A stretch of 64,000 nucleotides of DNA, from the NCBI GenBank assembly GCA_030390025.1, contig JASTWF010000036.1:1488001-1552000 (forward strand), written 5' to 3'. Source of the DNA: Squalus acanthias. Its lineage: Eukaryota. Positions 32,746-46,500 of this stretch are shown here, piece after piece (the stretch's first letter is position 1; each line of letters starts with the position of its first letter). Position numbers and translations under genes: made by a program. The notes under the pieces are model-generated. The model did not search any database. It was not told the DNA's origin and saw only the letters and a list, made by a program, of their open reading frames with translations.

Positions 32746-35605
32746 CATAGAATCATAGAATGGTTACAGCACAGAAGGAGGCCATTTGGCCCGTCGAGCC
32801 CCTGCCTGCTCTCTGCAAGAGCACCTCAGCTAGTCTCACTCCCCCGCCCTTTCCCCGTAGCATTGCAAATTTTTTTCCTTCAGGTACTTATCCAACTCCC
32901 TTTTGAAAGCCATGATTGAGTCTGCCTCCACCACCCTCTCAGGCAGTGCATTCCAGATCATAACCACTCGCTGAGCAAAAACTCCTCATGTCGCCTTTGG
33001 TTCTTCTGCCAATCTGTATCTGTGTCCTCTGGTTCTCGACCCTTCTGCCAATGGGAACAGTTTCTCTCTATCTACTCTGTCCAGACCCCTCATGATTTTG
33101 AACACCTTTATCAAATCTCCTCTGCTCTAAGGAGAACAACCCCAGCTTCTCCAGTCTATCCTCGCAACTGAAGTCCCTCATCCCCTGGAACCATTCTGAT
33201 AAATCTTTTCTGCACCCTCTCTAAGGCCTTCACATCCTTCCTAAAGTGTGGTGCCTAGAATTGGACACAATACTCCAGTTGAGACCGAACCAGTGTTTTA
33301 TACAGGTTCATTAAAATTTCCACGCTTTTGTACTCTATACCTCTATTCATGAAGCCCAGGATCCCATAAGCTTTTTTAACTGCTTTCTCAACCTGCCCTG
33401 CCACCTTCAACGATTTGTGCACATATACCCCCAGGTCTCTCTGTTCGTGCACCCCCTTTAGGATTGTACCATTTAGTTTATATTTTCTCTCTTCATTCGT
33501 TCTACCAAAATGTTTCACTGCACTTTTCTGCGTTAAATTTCATCTGCCAAGTGTCCGCCCATTTCACCAGCCTGTCTATGTCCTCTTGAAGTCTATCACT
33601 CTCCTCCTCACTGTTCACTATACTTCCAAGTTTTGTGTCATCTGTAAATTTTGAAATTGTGCCCTGTACACCCACATCAAAGTCATTAATATATATCAAG
33701 AAAGGCAATGGTCCTAGAACCGACCCCTGGGGAACACACTGTGTACCTTCCTCCATGATGCAGAGATGCCGGTGTTGGACTGGGGTGGACAAAAGTGAGA
33801 AGTCGCACAACACCAGGTTATAGTCCAACAGCTTTATTTGAAATCACAAGCTTTCGGAGCGCTGCTCCTAAAGCTTGTGATTTCAAATAAAGCTGTTGGA
33901 CTATAACCTGGTGTTGTGCGACTTCTCACTTTTACCTTCCTCCAGTCCGAAAAACAACCGTTCACCACTACTCTCTGTTTCCTGTTACTTAGCCAATTTC
34001 GTATCCATGCTGCCACTGTCCCTTTTATTCCATGGGCTTCAACTTTGCTGGCAAGCCTATTATGTGGCACTTTGTCGAGTGCCTTTTGGAAATCCATGTA
34101 CACCACGTCAACTGCATTGCCCTCATCAACCCTCTCTGTTACCTCATCAAAAAACTCGATCAAGTTGGTTAAACACGATTTGCCTTTAACAAATCCGTGC
34201 TGGCTCTCCTTAATTAATCCACATTTGTCCAAGTGACTGTTAATTTTGTCCCTGATTATTCTTTCTAAAAGCTTCCCCACTACCGAGATCAAACTGACTG
34301 GCCTGTAGTTGCTGGGTTTATCTTTACACCCTTTTTTGAACAATGGTGTAACATTTGCAATTCTCCAGTCCTCTGGCACCACTCCCATTTCTAAGGAGGA
34401 TTGGAAGATCATGGCCAGTACCTCTGCAATTTTTTCCTTCACTTCCCTCAGCGTCCTAGGATGCATCCCATCTGGTTCTGGTGACTTATCTACTTTAAGT
34501 ACAGCCAGCCTTTCTAGTATCAATTTTATCCCATACACTATCTCCTCTACCTCCTCCTTCACTATGTCTATGGCAGCATCTTCTCCCTTGGTGAAGACAG
34601 ATGCAAAGTACTCGTTTAGCACCTCAGCCATACCCTCTGCCTCCATGCGTAGGTCTCCTTTTTAGTCCCTAATCAGCCCCACCCCTCCTCTTACTACCCG
34701 TTTACTATTTATATGCCTATAGAAGACTTTTGGATTACCTTTTCTGTTAGCTGCCATTCTATTCTCATATCCTCTCTTTGCCCCTCTTTTTCACTTCTCC
34801 TCTGACCTTTCTATATATAGCCTGATTCTCAGATGTATTCTCAACCTGACATCTGTCATACGCACTCTTTTTCTGCTTCATCTTACTCTCTATCTCTTTC
34901 GTCATCCAGGGAGCTCTGACTTTAGTTGCCCTATCTTTTCCCCTAGTGGGAATGTACTTCGACTGTAACCGAACTATTTCCTCTTTTAAAGGCAGCCCAT
35001 TGTTCCATTACAGTTTTGCCTGCCAATCTTTGATTCCAATTTACCTGGGCCAGATCTGTTCTCAACCCACTGAAATTGGCCTTCCTCCAATTAAGTATTT
35101 TTAGTCTAGATAGCCCTGTCCTTTTCCATAGCTAATCTAAACCTTATGATACTATGATCACTGTTCCCTAAATGATCACCTACTGACACTCGCTCCACTT
35201 GACCTACCTCATTCCCCAGAACCAGATCCAGCAATGCCTCCTTCCTCATTGGGCCGGAAACATACTGATCAAGAAAGTTCTCCTGAACACACTTCAGAAA
35301 TTCTTCCCCCTCTCTGTCCTTTACACTATTACTATCCCAGTCTATATTAGGATAGTTGAAGTCCCCCATTATCACTACTCTATAGTTCTTGCATCTCTCT
35401 GTAATTTCTCTGCAAATTTGCTCCTCCATATTTTTCCCACTAGTTGGTGGCCTATAGAATACACCGAGTAGTGTAATGGCACCTCTATTATTTCTTAACT
35501 CTAGCCATATAGATTCTTGACCCCTCCAGGACATCCTCTCTCTCCAGCACTGTAACATTCTCTTTAACCAATACTGCCACACTACCTCCTATCTTATCTT
35601 CCCTA
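32746..35605 (-). mobile_element. CR1 LINE, ~2.7 kb of decayed ORF2 (endonuclease C-terminal half plus RT) and 3' UTR
   Basis: APE motifs GVFYRPP, MGDFNYPNIDW, LDLVL, SDH (35106-35582); RT motifs [44 protein letters not shown]. (CATAGAAT)n tail; TSD GCGTT/GTGTT. Confidence 0.96.
33756..33932. mobile_element. Penelope-like terminal insertion with inverted duplication and 12-bp TSD
   Basis: TACCTTCCTCCA at 33744-33755 and 33933-33944; perfect 64-bp inverted arms at 33791-33854 and 33870-33933; matches 16441-16555. Confidence 0.88.
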
Positions 35606-37356
35606 GTGTTTCCTACATTACAACAGTGACTACACTTTAAAAGTACTTCATTGGCTGTGAAGCGCTTTGGGACGTCCTGAGATTGTGAAAGACGCTATAT
35701 AAATGCAAGTTCTTTATTTCTTTTCTCAAATAACTGTATCCCAAAATGTTATTTTCTGAAAGAAATTGATCTGCTTGTTCTACATAATAGGCCTATAAAA
35801 TCAGACAAACTGCTCAATCAATATTTATGACATCAAAGCTATGTTGCTCACAGACAACCCTTCATCGAAAGAAATTCATAGGGAAAGGAAGGGCCATTTG
35901 TCTTTCATTGGTCTGGGGGGTGCCAGTAGTATACATTCTATGCAGACAGGAGCTACTGCTTTTGTGCAGGATATCTCATCATGCAACAATCACGGAAAAT
36001 TTCTGTAGCTTATGTTGCGGATTGTTGAAATAACAGGAGTTAAGATGACTTCCCTTGGCCAAATTTCGATGAGGCACAGGCAGATGTTTTGGTCTGTGGC
36101 TGAGCCAGGATGCAAAAGTTTGCCTCTATACGCTAATCAAATTGTTGGTCCTCTGTAGGCCAATGATTATGCAAACTCCAGCTCCTGCCCATCTGCCAAA
36201 GGCGTAGTTTCAATTTCAATGTTGGAGGTGGTGAATTTACAGATGAATTCATTACATCTTAAAATGCTGAACCATCAAGGAGGCAAGTTCAGTTTACAAG
36301 TATTGAAAGGTGAGCAAGAACTGGACAATTTGTGCTTTCAGTGGTCAGCAGGTGTCAATAGCAAGCTGACTGAGTGGGCCTACGTTTACATCCAAAGAAA
36401 ATATAGTGACTGCAACGTAACGGAACATCGGGCGCTGCGTATAACGAGCGGCCGATCCGATACCGCCCGTTTTGTGCCACCGCCTGAGACCAATTTCCAG
36501 GCCTTGATGTCATTCTGCTTCTGTCATTTTAATCTAACTCACCAGGGGGGAAACCCACTTCAATGGAGAGTAAGTTCGGTTGCACCCGATCCCGACAGGC
36601 GAGTTGAGTTAAAATTGCTCCCCAAGTCTTTTGGTAAGATGCCAAGGTTCCCCTGAGTTCTCCATCTCTATTTTCTCTCCTTTACTGAATTGGGTTTTCC
36701 TGCGCCATGTATCGTAACCAGGTGACAATGTGGGTGGGCAGCCTGCGCCCAGCTCTCTGCCAATGTAGCTGTGCGACTACCAGCTGGGAGGTGCGGAACA
36801 GTGACCTGAGAACGACTTTGACCCTCTCTCCCTGCAGGAAGCATTGGCCCAGTGAGATCGGTCACTCAACATATGGGGAATCGAAACTGGAAACCCATGT
36901 CCCAATAATGCATGACACTAATATTGAAGCTCTAACATGACGTCTCTTCAAGGCTGATCATTATTTATTAACGGTTAAATGATACTTAACAAAGTAGTTC
37001 ATTAAAGAGTTGAAATCACAGTAGTACATTATTGCAGTTGTGTTAAATACTTCTGTCCACTATTTTGACAAAGGCATTAATACATTGAAAAGAAGCAATT
37101 TCATCCACTTAATGTATCATTACTTGCTGTAAACCCCAGAAACTGCAAACGCAATGCTGAACGGTTTATCAGTGCTGTCTGAGCTCCAAGATGTCTTACT
37201 TCCTTGAAATGCACTCCTATGTATTTCCCTTTTTCTAATTCCTCCCGATGCACAAACCATTTAAAAGCATTCAGCCTAAAACTGGAAAAACCTGAAAGCA
37301 CAGGAGATAACGAGGGGGCGATTTTAACCCTACTTGCTCAGCAGAGTAGTAACTGT

Positions 37357-37513
37357 CAAAAGGTGAATTGGATAAATACTTGAAAAGGAAAAATTTGCAG
37401 GGCTATAGGAAAAGAGTAGGGGAGTGGGACTAATTGGCTAGCTCTTTCAAAGAGCCGGCACAGGCACAATGGGCTGAATGGCCTCCTTCTGTGCTGTATC
37501 ATTCTATGATTCT
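37357..37513 (+). mobile_element. CR1 3' tail
   Basis: TTTGCAGGGCTATAGGAAAAGAG...GAGCCGGCACAGGCACAATGGGCTGAATGGCCTCCTTCTGTGCTGTATCATTCTATGATTCTA. Confidence 0.85.
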
Positions 37514-38126
37514 AGTAAGTTGCCCACGGACAGTTGATAAATATAAGTTTTTTTTATATACGCAAGATGATGACGCAGTTAGGTGAGAGACTTCAGAAAC
37601 TCACTCCATAGCTTCGCCTACTGGTCAGAGCCTGCAAATAAATATAGTGTGACAGGCAACTGTTTACATACAGGATTCCCATTCTAAATGTTTACATAGG
37701 CAGCTTCAATGTTGACATAAAAGCATCATCCAAAATTATGATAATAGGAAGTTGGATAGGTAGTGCACGATATTTTTAATAAATGGAGGCATTAATTATT
37801 CTATCACCTATTCGATCTATGCCTATTTCCATAGGCAACAGCAGAACTTGAGCCATGATCCCAATCCAGCTCTGCCTCGCCCCATCATGCTCTCTGGTGT
37901 TGAAGTTGGCCACCCTAAATGTCAAGGACTGTCACATTTTGTGCGTGCTCTTTAACAATATCGAATATTCATTGGGAAAGGGCCCCTCTTACATATGAAC
38001 AATGAGGGACAGTGAAAGATCCTCTGATCCATCCAGACTGTCCCACACAATTGCGATACCTTGTGCATCACAATATACACACTCTCCACTCTACCCAAAA
38101 CCATGTGATCTCCTGGGAGAGGCGAA

Positions 38127-38443
38127 AACAACAACAACAACTTGCATTTATATAGCGCCTTTAACGTAGTAAAACATCCCAAGGGCGCTTCACAGGAGTG
38201 ATTATCAGACAAAATTTGACACCGAGCCACATAAGGAGATATTCGGACAGGTGACCAAAAGCTTGGTCAAAGAGGTAGGTTTTAAGGAGGGTCTTAAAGG
38301 AGGAGAGAGAGGAGGAGAGGTTTAGGGCACAGCCGCCAATGGTGGAGCGATTTAAAATCGGGGATGCGCAAGATGCCAGAATTGGAGGAGCGCAGAGCTC
38401 TGGGAGGCTTGTAGGGCTGGAGGAGGTTACAAAGATAGGGAAG
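38127..38443 (-). mobile_element. L2 LINE 3' end
   Basis: (AAC)n-TTGCATTTATATAGCGCC tail; PYLCNLLQPY...LRSSNSGILRIP. Confidence 0.88.
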
Positions 38444-39128
38444 GAAAACTAGATAAAAACAGAGCTGCCTTCTCCCAACCCAGTGAGCGCCCAACAACAA
38501 CTACAAAACAATTCACGCATCCTGCTGTTTGCTCAAAGGAACAGGCTGTAGCAGGGGAAGAATTCCCTGCAGTGAGTGCTGGTGCATGCTGACTTTGGCT
38601 TTCAAGTCAGAATGTAGGCGCAGGGATCTGGGAGAGATAAGCTTTGATAGCGCGAAGTACTGAAAGCATTAAACTGTTAACGGCACCCTGACTTATCCCC
38701 GCGCTGCAGCAAATCCTGTTTATAATGCGATGTGCGGAGGTAAATTTGATACGTCGTCTTATCTGCCGTGGCTGTAAATGGATTTAAACCTTTGATGTAT
38801 GCTTTTTTTTTAAAAAGTGTTTTATCTATAACACATTGGTGCAGGTTTTCATGGTAGTTTTTGTGTAAAAAAACATTTTATTTTTTGCATTTAGCACTCT
38901 GTGACCTGGGTCCTTGGGGAAGCATTGTCAAGGGTGCATTAAACTGCAAAATCTAGTGAACAACCTTTTGCCCTTACACGCAGATTTATTTTCAGCCAAA
39001 AAAAAGTCATTTGCTTTTCATTGGAAACCATTTGCCGGTGAGGGTAAATGATGGCTCTGTCATGCACTAAATAACCTGATAAGAAGCACAGCTCCTTTAG
39101 TTATCTAGACTGAAGAAACAGTAGCACA

Positions 39129-39245
39129 GGGACTGAGCGGAACAGTGTATTGTAGCGTTATCTCCTTATCTCCATCATTTAGTTTTAAATCCAGCCCAGA
39201 AAGATGGGATGAAAGTCTCGTATCTGCAATGGCTGTTAAAAGATC
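39129..39245 (+). mobile_element. LF-SINE-like 5' fragment
   Basis: GGGACTGAG...TTAAATCCAGCCCAG...GAAAGTC...ATCTG..ATGGCTGTT. Confidence 0.5.
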
Positions 39246-39436
39246 TTTCACAAAATGACTTTAGTCATTTGTAATCCTGTTTCGACTCTAGCTAGCTCAT
39301 AGCAGAACACAGCCCTCAAATTTTGCAGTCCCACTGAGGGAAATATTAATATTAAGGTGTAATGGGGATACTCTGCATAGTCAGGCTCAGGTATATTGCA
39401 GGTATTTTTGTGAGAGCTGATCGCCTGTCCCATGTT

Positions 39437-40047
39437 AGAGGAATAGAATATAAAAGCAAAGAGATCATGCTCGAACTTTATAAATCACTGGTTAGGCCTC
39501 AGCTGGAGTATTGTGGACAATTCTGGGCCCCACACTTCAGGAAAGACGTAAAGGCCTTAGAAAGGGTGCAGAGGAGGTTTACCAGGATGTTACCAGGGAT
39601 GAGGGACTTCAGTTGTGAGGAGAGGTTGGAAAGGTTAGGACTGTTCTCCATGGAACAGAGAAGGTTAAGAGGTGACCTAATAGAGGTTGTCAAGATGATG
39701 AGAGGTTTTGATAGAGTAAATGGGGAAAAAATATTCCCTCTGGCGACTGCGTCAATAAATAGATTCAAAATCATTGGAAAAAGATCTAGTGGGGAGATAA
39801 GGAGAAGTTTTATCAGTCAGAGAGTTGTTGGGATCTGGAACGCCCTACCTGAATAGGTGCTGGAAGCTGATTCCATTAATAATTTTAAAAGGGAGTTGGA
39901 CAGGGTACTTGAGGATGAGGAACTTGCAGGGTTACGGACAAAAAGCGGGGATGTGGGACAAAGCACGCCTGCTTGTTCAAAGAGCCAGCATGGGCACAAT
40001 GGGCCGAATGGCCTCCTTCTGTGCTGTAAATTTCTCTGATTCTATGT
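39437..40047 (+). mobile_element. CR1 LINE 3' fragment
   Basis: RGIEYKSKEIMLELYKSLVRPQLEYCGQFWAP...RRLRGDLIEV...RVVGIWNALP and a CR1 tail. Confidence 0.93.
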
Positions 40048-40239
40048 TGTAAGAGTTTGGGAGGTACAGATGGGAATATAGTGGAAACGCATGCCATTAG
40101 GGGGAATGTGGGTGCAAAACGGTACAACTGAAAATATGCTTTTATGCCAACATTTAACATTGAAAATCCCTATGTAAACATTTATCATTTGCAATCCTGC
40201 ATGTAAACAGCGCCCTGTCACGTTGTAGTTGCAAGCTAC

Positions 40240-40280
40240 GGCCACTAGGTGGCTCTGTAATGCCGCCCCCTCTGCTCGAG
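40240..40280. promoter_or_regulatory. Candidate CTCF sites (convergent pair)
   Basis: GGCCACTAGGTGGCTCT on + (40240-40256) and CGAGCAGAGGGGGCGG on - (40263-40278) resemble the CCASYAGRKGGC core. Motif evidence only. Confidence 0.45.
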
Positions 40281-40524
40281 TGGCTCAGCTGCAATATTAA
40301 ATCAACGCATTTTTAAAATTTATATTTTTGACTCCCTGTCTAGTCAACCCGCTCTATTTTACTTCAAACTGTCCACCAGCTCTGCCTTCTCTTTTCTTCA
40401 ACCGTTCCAATGCTGTATATCCTGTCATTCCTCTCCCGCTCCTTGCCTGATGTTGCTCTGTTCTGTGACCACTTCCATTCTTTTACTGCTAGCTGCCTCT
40501 CCCTTCATGATCTACCAACTGAGC

Positions 40525-43500
40525 CTGGTTCCCCACCTACCTCACTCCTTCCCCACCAGCCTCACTCCTTCCTCACTCCTTCCCCTCCTTCCTCACTCCT
40601 GCCTCACTCCTTCCCCACCAGCCTCACTCCTTCCCCACCAGCCTCACTCCTTCCCCACCATCCTCACTCCTTCCCCACCAGCCTCACTCCTTCCCCACCT
40701 TCCTCACTCCTTCCCCACCAGCCTCACTCCTTCCCCACTCCTTCCTCACCAGCCTCACTCCTTCCCCACCTTCCTCACTCCTTCCTCACTCTTTCCTCAC
40801 TCCTTCCCCACCTGCCTCACTCCTTCCCCACCAGCCTCACTCCTTCCTCACTCCTTCCCCACCTGCCTCACTCCTTCCCCACCTGCCTCACTCCTTCCCC
40901 ACCTGCCTCACTCCTTCCTCACTCCTTCCACACCTGCCTCACTCCTCCCTCACTCCTTCCCCACCAGCCTCACTCCTTCCTCACTCCTTCCCCACCAGCC
41001 TCACTCCTTCCTCACTCCTTCCCCACCTGCCTCACTCCTTCCTCACTCCTTCCCCACCTGCCTCACTCCTTCCTCACTCCTTCCCCACCTGCCTCACTCC
41101 TTCCCCACCTGCCTCACTCCTTCCTCACCTGCCTCACTCCTTCCTCACTCCTTCCCCACCTGCCTCACTCCTTCCTCACCTGCCTCACTCCTTCCTCACT
41201 CCTTCCTCACCTGCCTCACTCCTTCCTCACCTGCCTCACTCCTTCCTCACCTGCCTCACTCCTTCCTCACTCCTTCCCCATCTGCCTCACTCCTTCCCCA
41301 TCTGCCTCACTCCTTCCCCACCTTCCTCACTCCTTCCCCACCAGCCTCACTCCTTCCCCACCTGCCTCACTCCTTCCTCACTCCTTCCCCACCTGCCTCA
41401 CTCCTTCCTCACTCCTTCCCCATCTGCCTCACTCCTTCCCCACTCATTCCTCACCTGCCTCACTTCATCCTCACTCCTTCCCCACCAGCCTCACTCCTTC
41501 CTCACTCCTGCCTCACTCCTTCCTCACTCCTGCCTCACTCCTTCCTCACTCCTTCCTCACTCCTTCCCCACCAGCCTCACTCGTGCCTCACTCCTTCCCC
41601 ACCTTCCTCACTCCTTCCCCACCTGCCTCACTCCTTCCTCACTCCTTCCCCACCTGCCTCACTCCTTCCCCACCTGCCTCACTCCTTCCTCACCTGCCTC
41701 ACTCCTTCCTCACTCCTTCCCCACCTGCCTCACTCCTTCCTCACCAGCCTCACTCCTTCCTCACTCTTTCCTCACTCCTTCCCCACCTGCCTCACTCCTT
41801 CCCCACCAGCCTCACTCCTTCCTCACTCCTTCCCCACCTGCCTCACTCCTTCCCCACCTGCCTCACTCCTTCCCCACCTGCCTCACTCCTTCCTCACTCC
41901 TTCCTCACTCCTTCCACACCTGCCTCACTCCTCCCTCACTCCTTCCCCACCAGCCTCACTCCTTCCTCACTCCTTCCCCACCTGCCTCACTCCTTCCTCA
42001 CTCCTTCCCCACCAGCCTCACTCCTTCCTCACTCCTTCCCCACCTGCCTCACTCCTTCCTCACTCCTTCCCCACCAGCCTCACTCCTTCCTCACTCCTTC
42101 CCCACCTGCCTCACTCCTTCCTCACTCCTTCCCCACCAGCCTCACTCCTTCCCCACCAGCCTCACTCCAGCCTCACTCCTTCCCCACCTGCCTCACTCCA
42201 GCCTCACTCCTTCCCCACCTGCCTCACTCCTTCCTCACTCCTTCCCCACCTGCCTCACTCCTTCCTCACTCCTTCCCCACCTGCCTCACTCCAGCCTCAC
42301 TCCTTCCCCACCTGCCTCACTCCTTCCTCACTCCTTCCCCACCTGCCTCACTCCTTCCTCACTCCTTCCCCACCTGCCTCACTCCTTCCCCACCTGCCTC
42401 ACTCCTTCCTCACCTGCCTCACTCCTTCCTCACTCCTTCCCCACCTGCCTCACTCCTTCCTCACCTGCCTCACTCCTTCCTCACTCCTTCCTCACCTGCC
42501 TCACTCCTTCCTCACCTGCCTCACTCCTTCCTCACCTGCCTCACTCCTTCCTCACTCCTTCCCCATCTGCCTCACTCCTTCCCCATCTGCCTCACTCCTT
42601 CCCCACCTTCCTCACTCCTTCCCCACCTTCCTCACTCCTTCCCCACCAGCCTCACTCCTTCCCCACCTGCCTCACTCCTTCCTCACTCCTTCCCCACCTG
42701 CCTCACTCCTTCCTCACTCCTTCCCCATCTGCCTCACTCCTTCCCCACTCATTCCTCACCTGCCTCACTTCATCCTCACTCCTTCCCCACCTGCCTCACT
42801 CATACCTCACTCCTTCCTCACTCCTGCCTCACTCCTTCCCCACTCCTCCCTCACTCCGTCTCCACCTGCCTCACTCCTTCCCCGCCTTCCACACTCCTTC
42901 CCCACCTGTCTCACGCCTTCCTCACTCCTTCCTCACCTGCCTCACTCCTTCCTCACTCCTTCCTCACTCCTGCCTCACACCTGCCTCACACCTGCCTCAC
43001 TCCTTCCTCACTCCTTCCCCACTCCTTCCCCACCTGCCTCACTCCTTCCTCACACCTGCCTCACTCCTTCCTCACTCCTTCCTCACTCCTTCCTCACTCC
43101 TTCCCCACTCCTTCCCCACCTGCCTCACTCCTTCCTCACCTGCCTCATTCCTTCCTCAGTACTTCCTCACCTGCCTCACTCCTTCCTCAACTGCCTCACT
43201 CCTTCCTCAACTGCCTCACTCCTTCCCCTCCTTCCTCACTCCTTCCTCAACTGCCTCACTCCTTCCCCTCCTTCCTCACTCCTTCCCCACCTGCCTCACT
43301 CCTTCCTCAACTGCCTCACTCCTTCCCCACCTGCCTCACTCCTGCCTCACTCCTGCCTCACTCCTTCCCCACCTGCCTCACTCCTGCCTCACTCCTTCCC
43401 CACCTGCCTCACTCCTGCCTCACTCCTGCCTCACTCCTGCCTCACTCCTTCCTCACTCCTTCCCCACCTGCCTCACTCCTGCCTCACTCCTGCCTCACTC

Positions 43501-46500
43501 CTTCCCCACCTGCCTCACTCCTGCCTCACTCCTTCCCCACCTGCCTCACTCCTGCCTCACTCCTGCCTCACTCCTTCCCCACCTGCCTCACTCCTTCCTC
43601 AACTGCCTCACTCCTTCCTCACTCCTTCCCCACCTGCCTCACTCCTTCCCCACCTGCCTCACTCCTGCCTCACTCCTTCCCCACCTGCCTCACTCCTGCC
43701 TCACTCCTTCCCCACCTGCCTCACTCCTTCCTCACTCCTGCCTCACTCCTTCCTCACTCCTTCCCCACCTGCCTCACTCCATCCTCAACTGCCTCACTCC
43801 TTCCCCACCTCCCTCACTCCTTCCCCACCTGCCTCACTCCTGCCTCACTCCTTCCCCACCTGCCTCACTCCTTCCTCACTCCTGCCTCACTCCTTCCCCA
43901 CCAGCCTCACTCCTTCCTCACTCCTTCCCCACCAGCCTCACTCCTGCCTCACTCCTTCCCCACCTGCCTCACTCCTTCCCCACTCCTGCCTCACTCCTTC
44001 CCCACCTGCCTCACTCCTTCCCCACCTGCCTCACTCCTTCCCCTCCTGCCTCACTCCTGCCTCACTCCTTCCCCTCCTGCCTCACTCCTTCCCCACCAGC
44101 CTCACTCCTTCCTCACTCCTTCCCCACCAGCCTCACTCCTGCCTCACTCTTTCCCCACCTGCCTCACTCCTGCCTCACTCCTTCCCCACCTGCCTCACTC
44201 CTTCCCCACCTGCCTCACTCCTTCCTCACTCCTGCCTCACTCCTTCCTCACTCCTTCCCCACCTGCCTCACTCCATCCTCAACTGCCTCACTCCTTCCCC
44301 ACCTCCCTCACTCCTTCCCCACCTGCCTCACTCCTTCCCCACCTGCCTCACTCCTTCCTCACTCCTGCCTCACTCCTTCCCCACCAGCCTCACTCCTTCC
44401 TCACTCCTTCCCCACCAGCCTCACTCCTGCCTCACTCCTTCCCCACCTGCCTCACTCCTTCCCCACCTGCCTCACTCCTTCCCCACCTGCCTCACTCCTT
44501 CCCCACCTGCCTCACTCCTTCCCCTCCTGCCTCACTCCTGCCTCACTCCTTCCCCTCCTGCCTCACTCCTTCCCCACCAGCCTCACTCCTTCCTCACTCC
44601 TTCCCCACCAGCCTCACTCCTGCCTCACTCTTTCCCCACCTGCCTCACTCCTGCCTCACTCCTTCCCCACCTGCCTCACTCCTTCCCCACCTGCCTCACT
44701 CCTGCCTCACCTGCCTCACTCCTTCCCCACTCCTGCCTCACTCCTGCCTCACTCCTTCCCCACCTGCCTCACTCCTTCCTCACTCCTGCCTCACTCCTTC
44801 CCCACCTACCTCACTCCTTCCTCACTCCTTCCCCACCAGCCTAACTCCTGCCTCACTCCTTCCCCTCCTGCCTCACTCCTTCCTCACTCCTTCCCCACCT
44901 GCCTCACTCCTTCCCCACCTGCCTCACTCCTTCCCCACCTGCCTCACTCCTTCCCCACCTGCCTCACTCCTTCCCCACCTGCCTCACTCCTTCCCCTCCT
45001 GCCTCACTCCTGCCTCACTCCTTCCCCTCCTGCCTCACTCCTTCCCCACCAGCCTCACTCCTTCCTCACTCCTTCCCCACCAGCCTCACTCCTGCCTCAC
45101 TCCTGCCTCACTCTTTCCCCACCTGCCTCACTCCTGCCTCACTCCTTCCCCACCTGCCTCACTCCTTCCCCACCAGCCTCACTCCTGCCTCACTCCTTCC
45201 CCACCTGCCTCACTCCTTTCCCACTCCTGCCTCACTCCTTCCTCACTCCTTCCCCACCTGCCTCACTCCTTCCCCACTCCTTTTCCATCTGCCTCACTCC
45301 TTCCTCACTCCTTCCCCACTCCTTCCTCACTCCTTCCCCACCAGCCTCACTCCTTCCTCACTCCTTCCCCACCAGCCTCACTCCTGCCTCACTCCTTCCC
45401 CACCTGCCTCACTCCTTCCCCACCTGCCTCACTCCTTCCCCACCTGCCTCACTCCTTCCCCACCTGCCTCACTCCTTCCCCTCCTGCCTCACTCCTGCCT
45501 CACTCCTTCCCCTCCTGCCTCACTCCTTCCCCACCAGCCTCACTCCTTCCTCACTCCTTCCCCACCAGCCTCACTCCTGCCTCACTCTTTCCCCACCTGC
45601 CTCACTCCTGCCTCACTCCTTCCCCACCTGCCTCACTCCTTCCCCACCTGCCTCACTCCTTCCTCACTCCTGCCTCACTCCTTCCTCACTCCTTCCCCAC
45701 CTGCCTCACTCCATCCTCAACTGCCTCACTCCTTCCCCACCTCCCTCACTCCTTCCCCACCTGCCTCACTCCTGCCTCACTCCTTCCCCACCTGCCTCAC
45801 TCCTTCCTCACTCCTGCCTCACTCCTTCCCCACCAGCCTCACTCCTTCCTCACTCCTTCCCCACCAGCCTCACTCCTGCCTCACTCCTTCCCCACCTGCC
45901 TCACTCCTTCCCCACCTGCCTCACTCCTTCCCCACCTGCCTCACTCCTTCCCCACCTGCCTCACTCCTTCCCCTCCTGCCTCACTCCTGCCTCACTCCTT
46001 CCCCTCCTGCCTCACTCCTTCCCCACCAGCCTCACTCCTTCCTCACTCCTTCCCCACCAGCCTCACTCCTGCCTCACTCTTTCCCCACCTGCCTCACTCC
46101 TGCCTCACTCCTTCCCCACCTGCCTCACTCCTTCCCCACCTGCCTCACTCCTGCCTCACCTGCCTCACTCCTTCCCCACTCCTGCCTCACTCCTGCCTCA
46201 CTCCTTCCCCACCTGCCTCACTCCTTCCTCACTCCTGCCTCACTCCTTCCCCACCAGCCTCACTCCTTCCTCACTCCTTCCCCACCAGCCTAACTCCTGC
46301 CTCACTCCTTCCCCTCCTGCCTCACTCCTTCCTCACTCCTTCCCCACCTGCCTCACTCCTTCCCCACCTGCCTCACTCCTTCCCCACCTGCCTCACTCCT
46401 TCCCCACCTGCCTCACTCCTTCCCCACCTGCCTCACTCCTTCCCCTCCTGCCTCACTCCTGCCTCACTCCTTCCCCTCCTGCCTCACTCCTTCCCCACCA

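Larger units (their letters stand above)
32391..35720 (+). mobile_element. Full-length DeuSINE split by a CR1 (32391-32745 and 35606-35720)
   Basis: A box TGGCTCAGTTGG (32399-32410) and B box GGTTCAAGTCC (32443-32453). Breaks at GCCGCGTT and resumes GTGTTTCCTACATTACAACAGTGAC. Confidence 0.92.
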
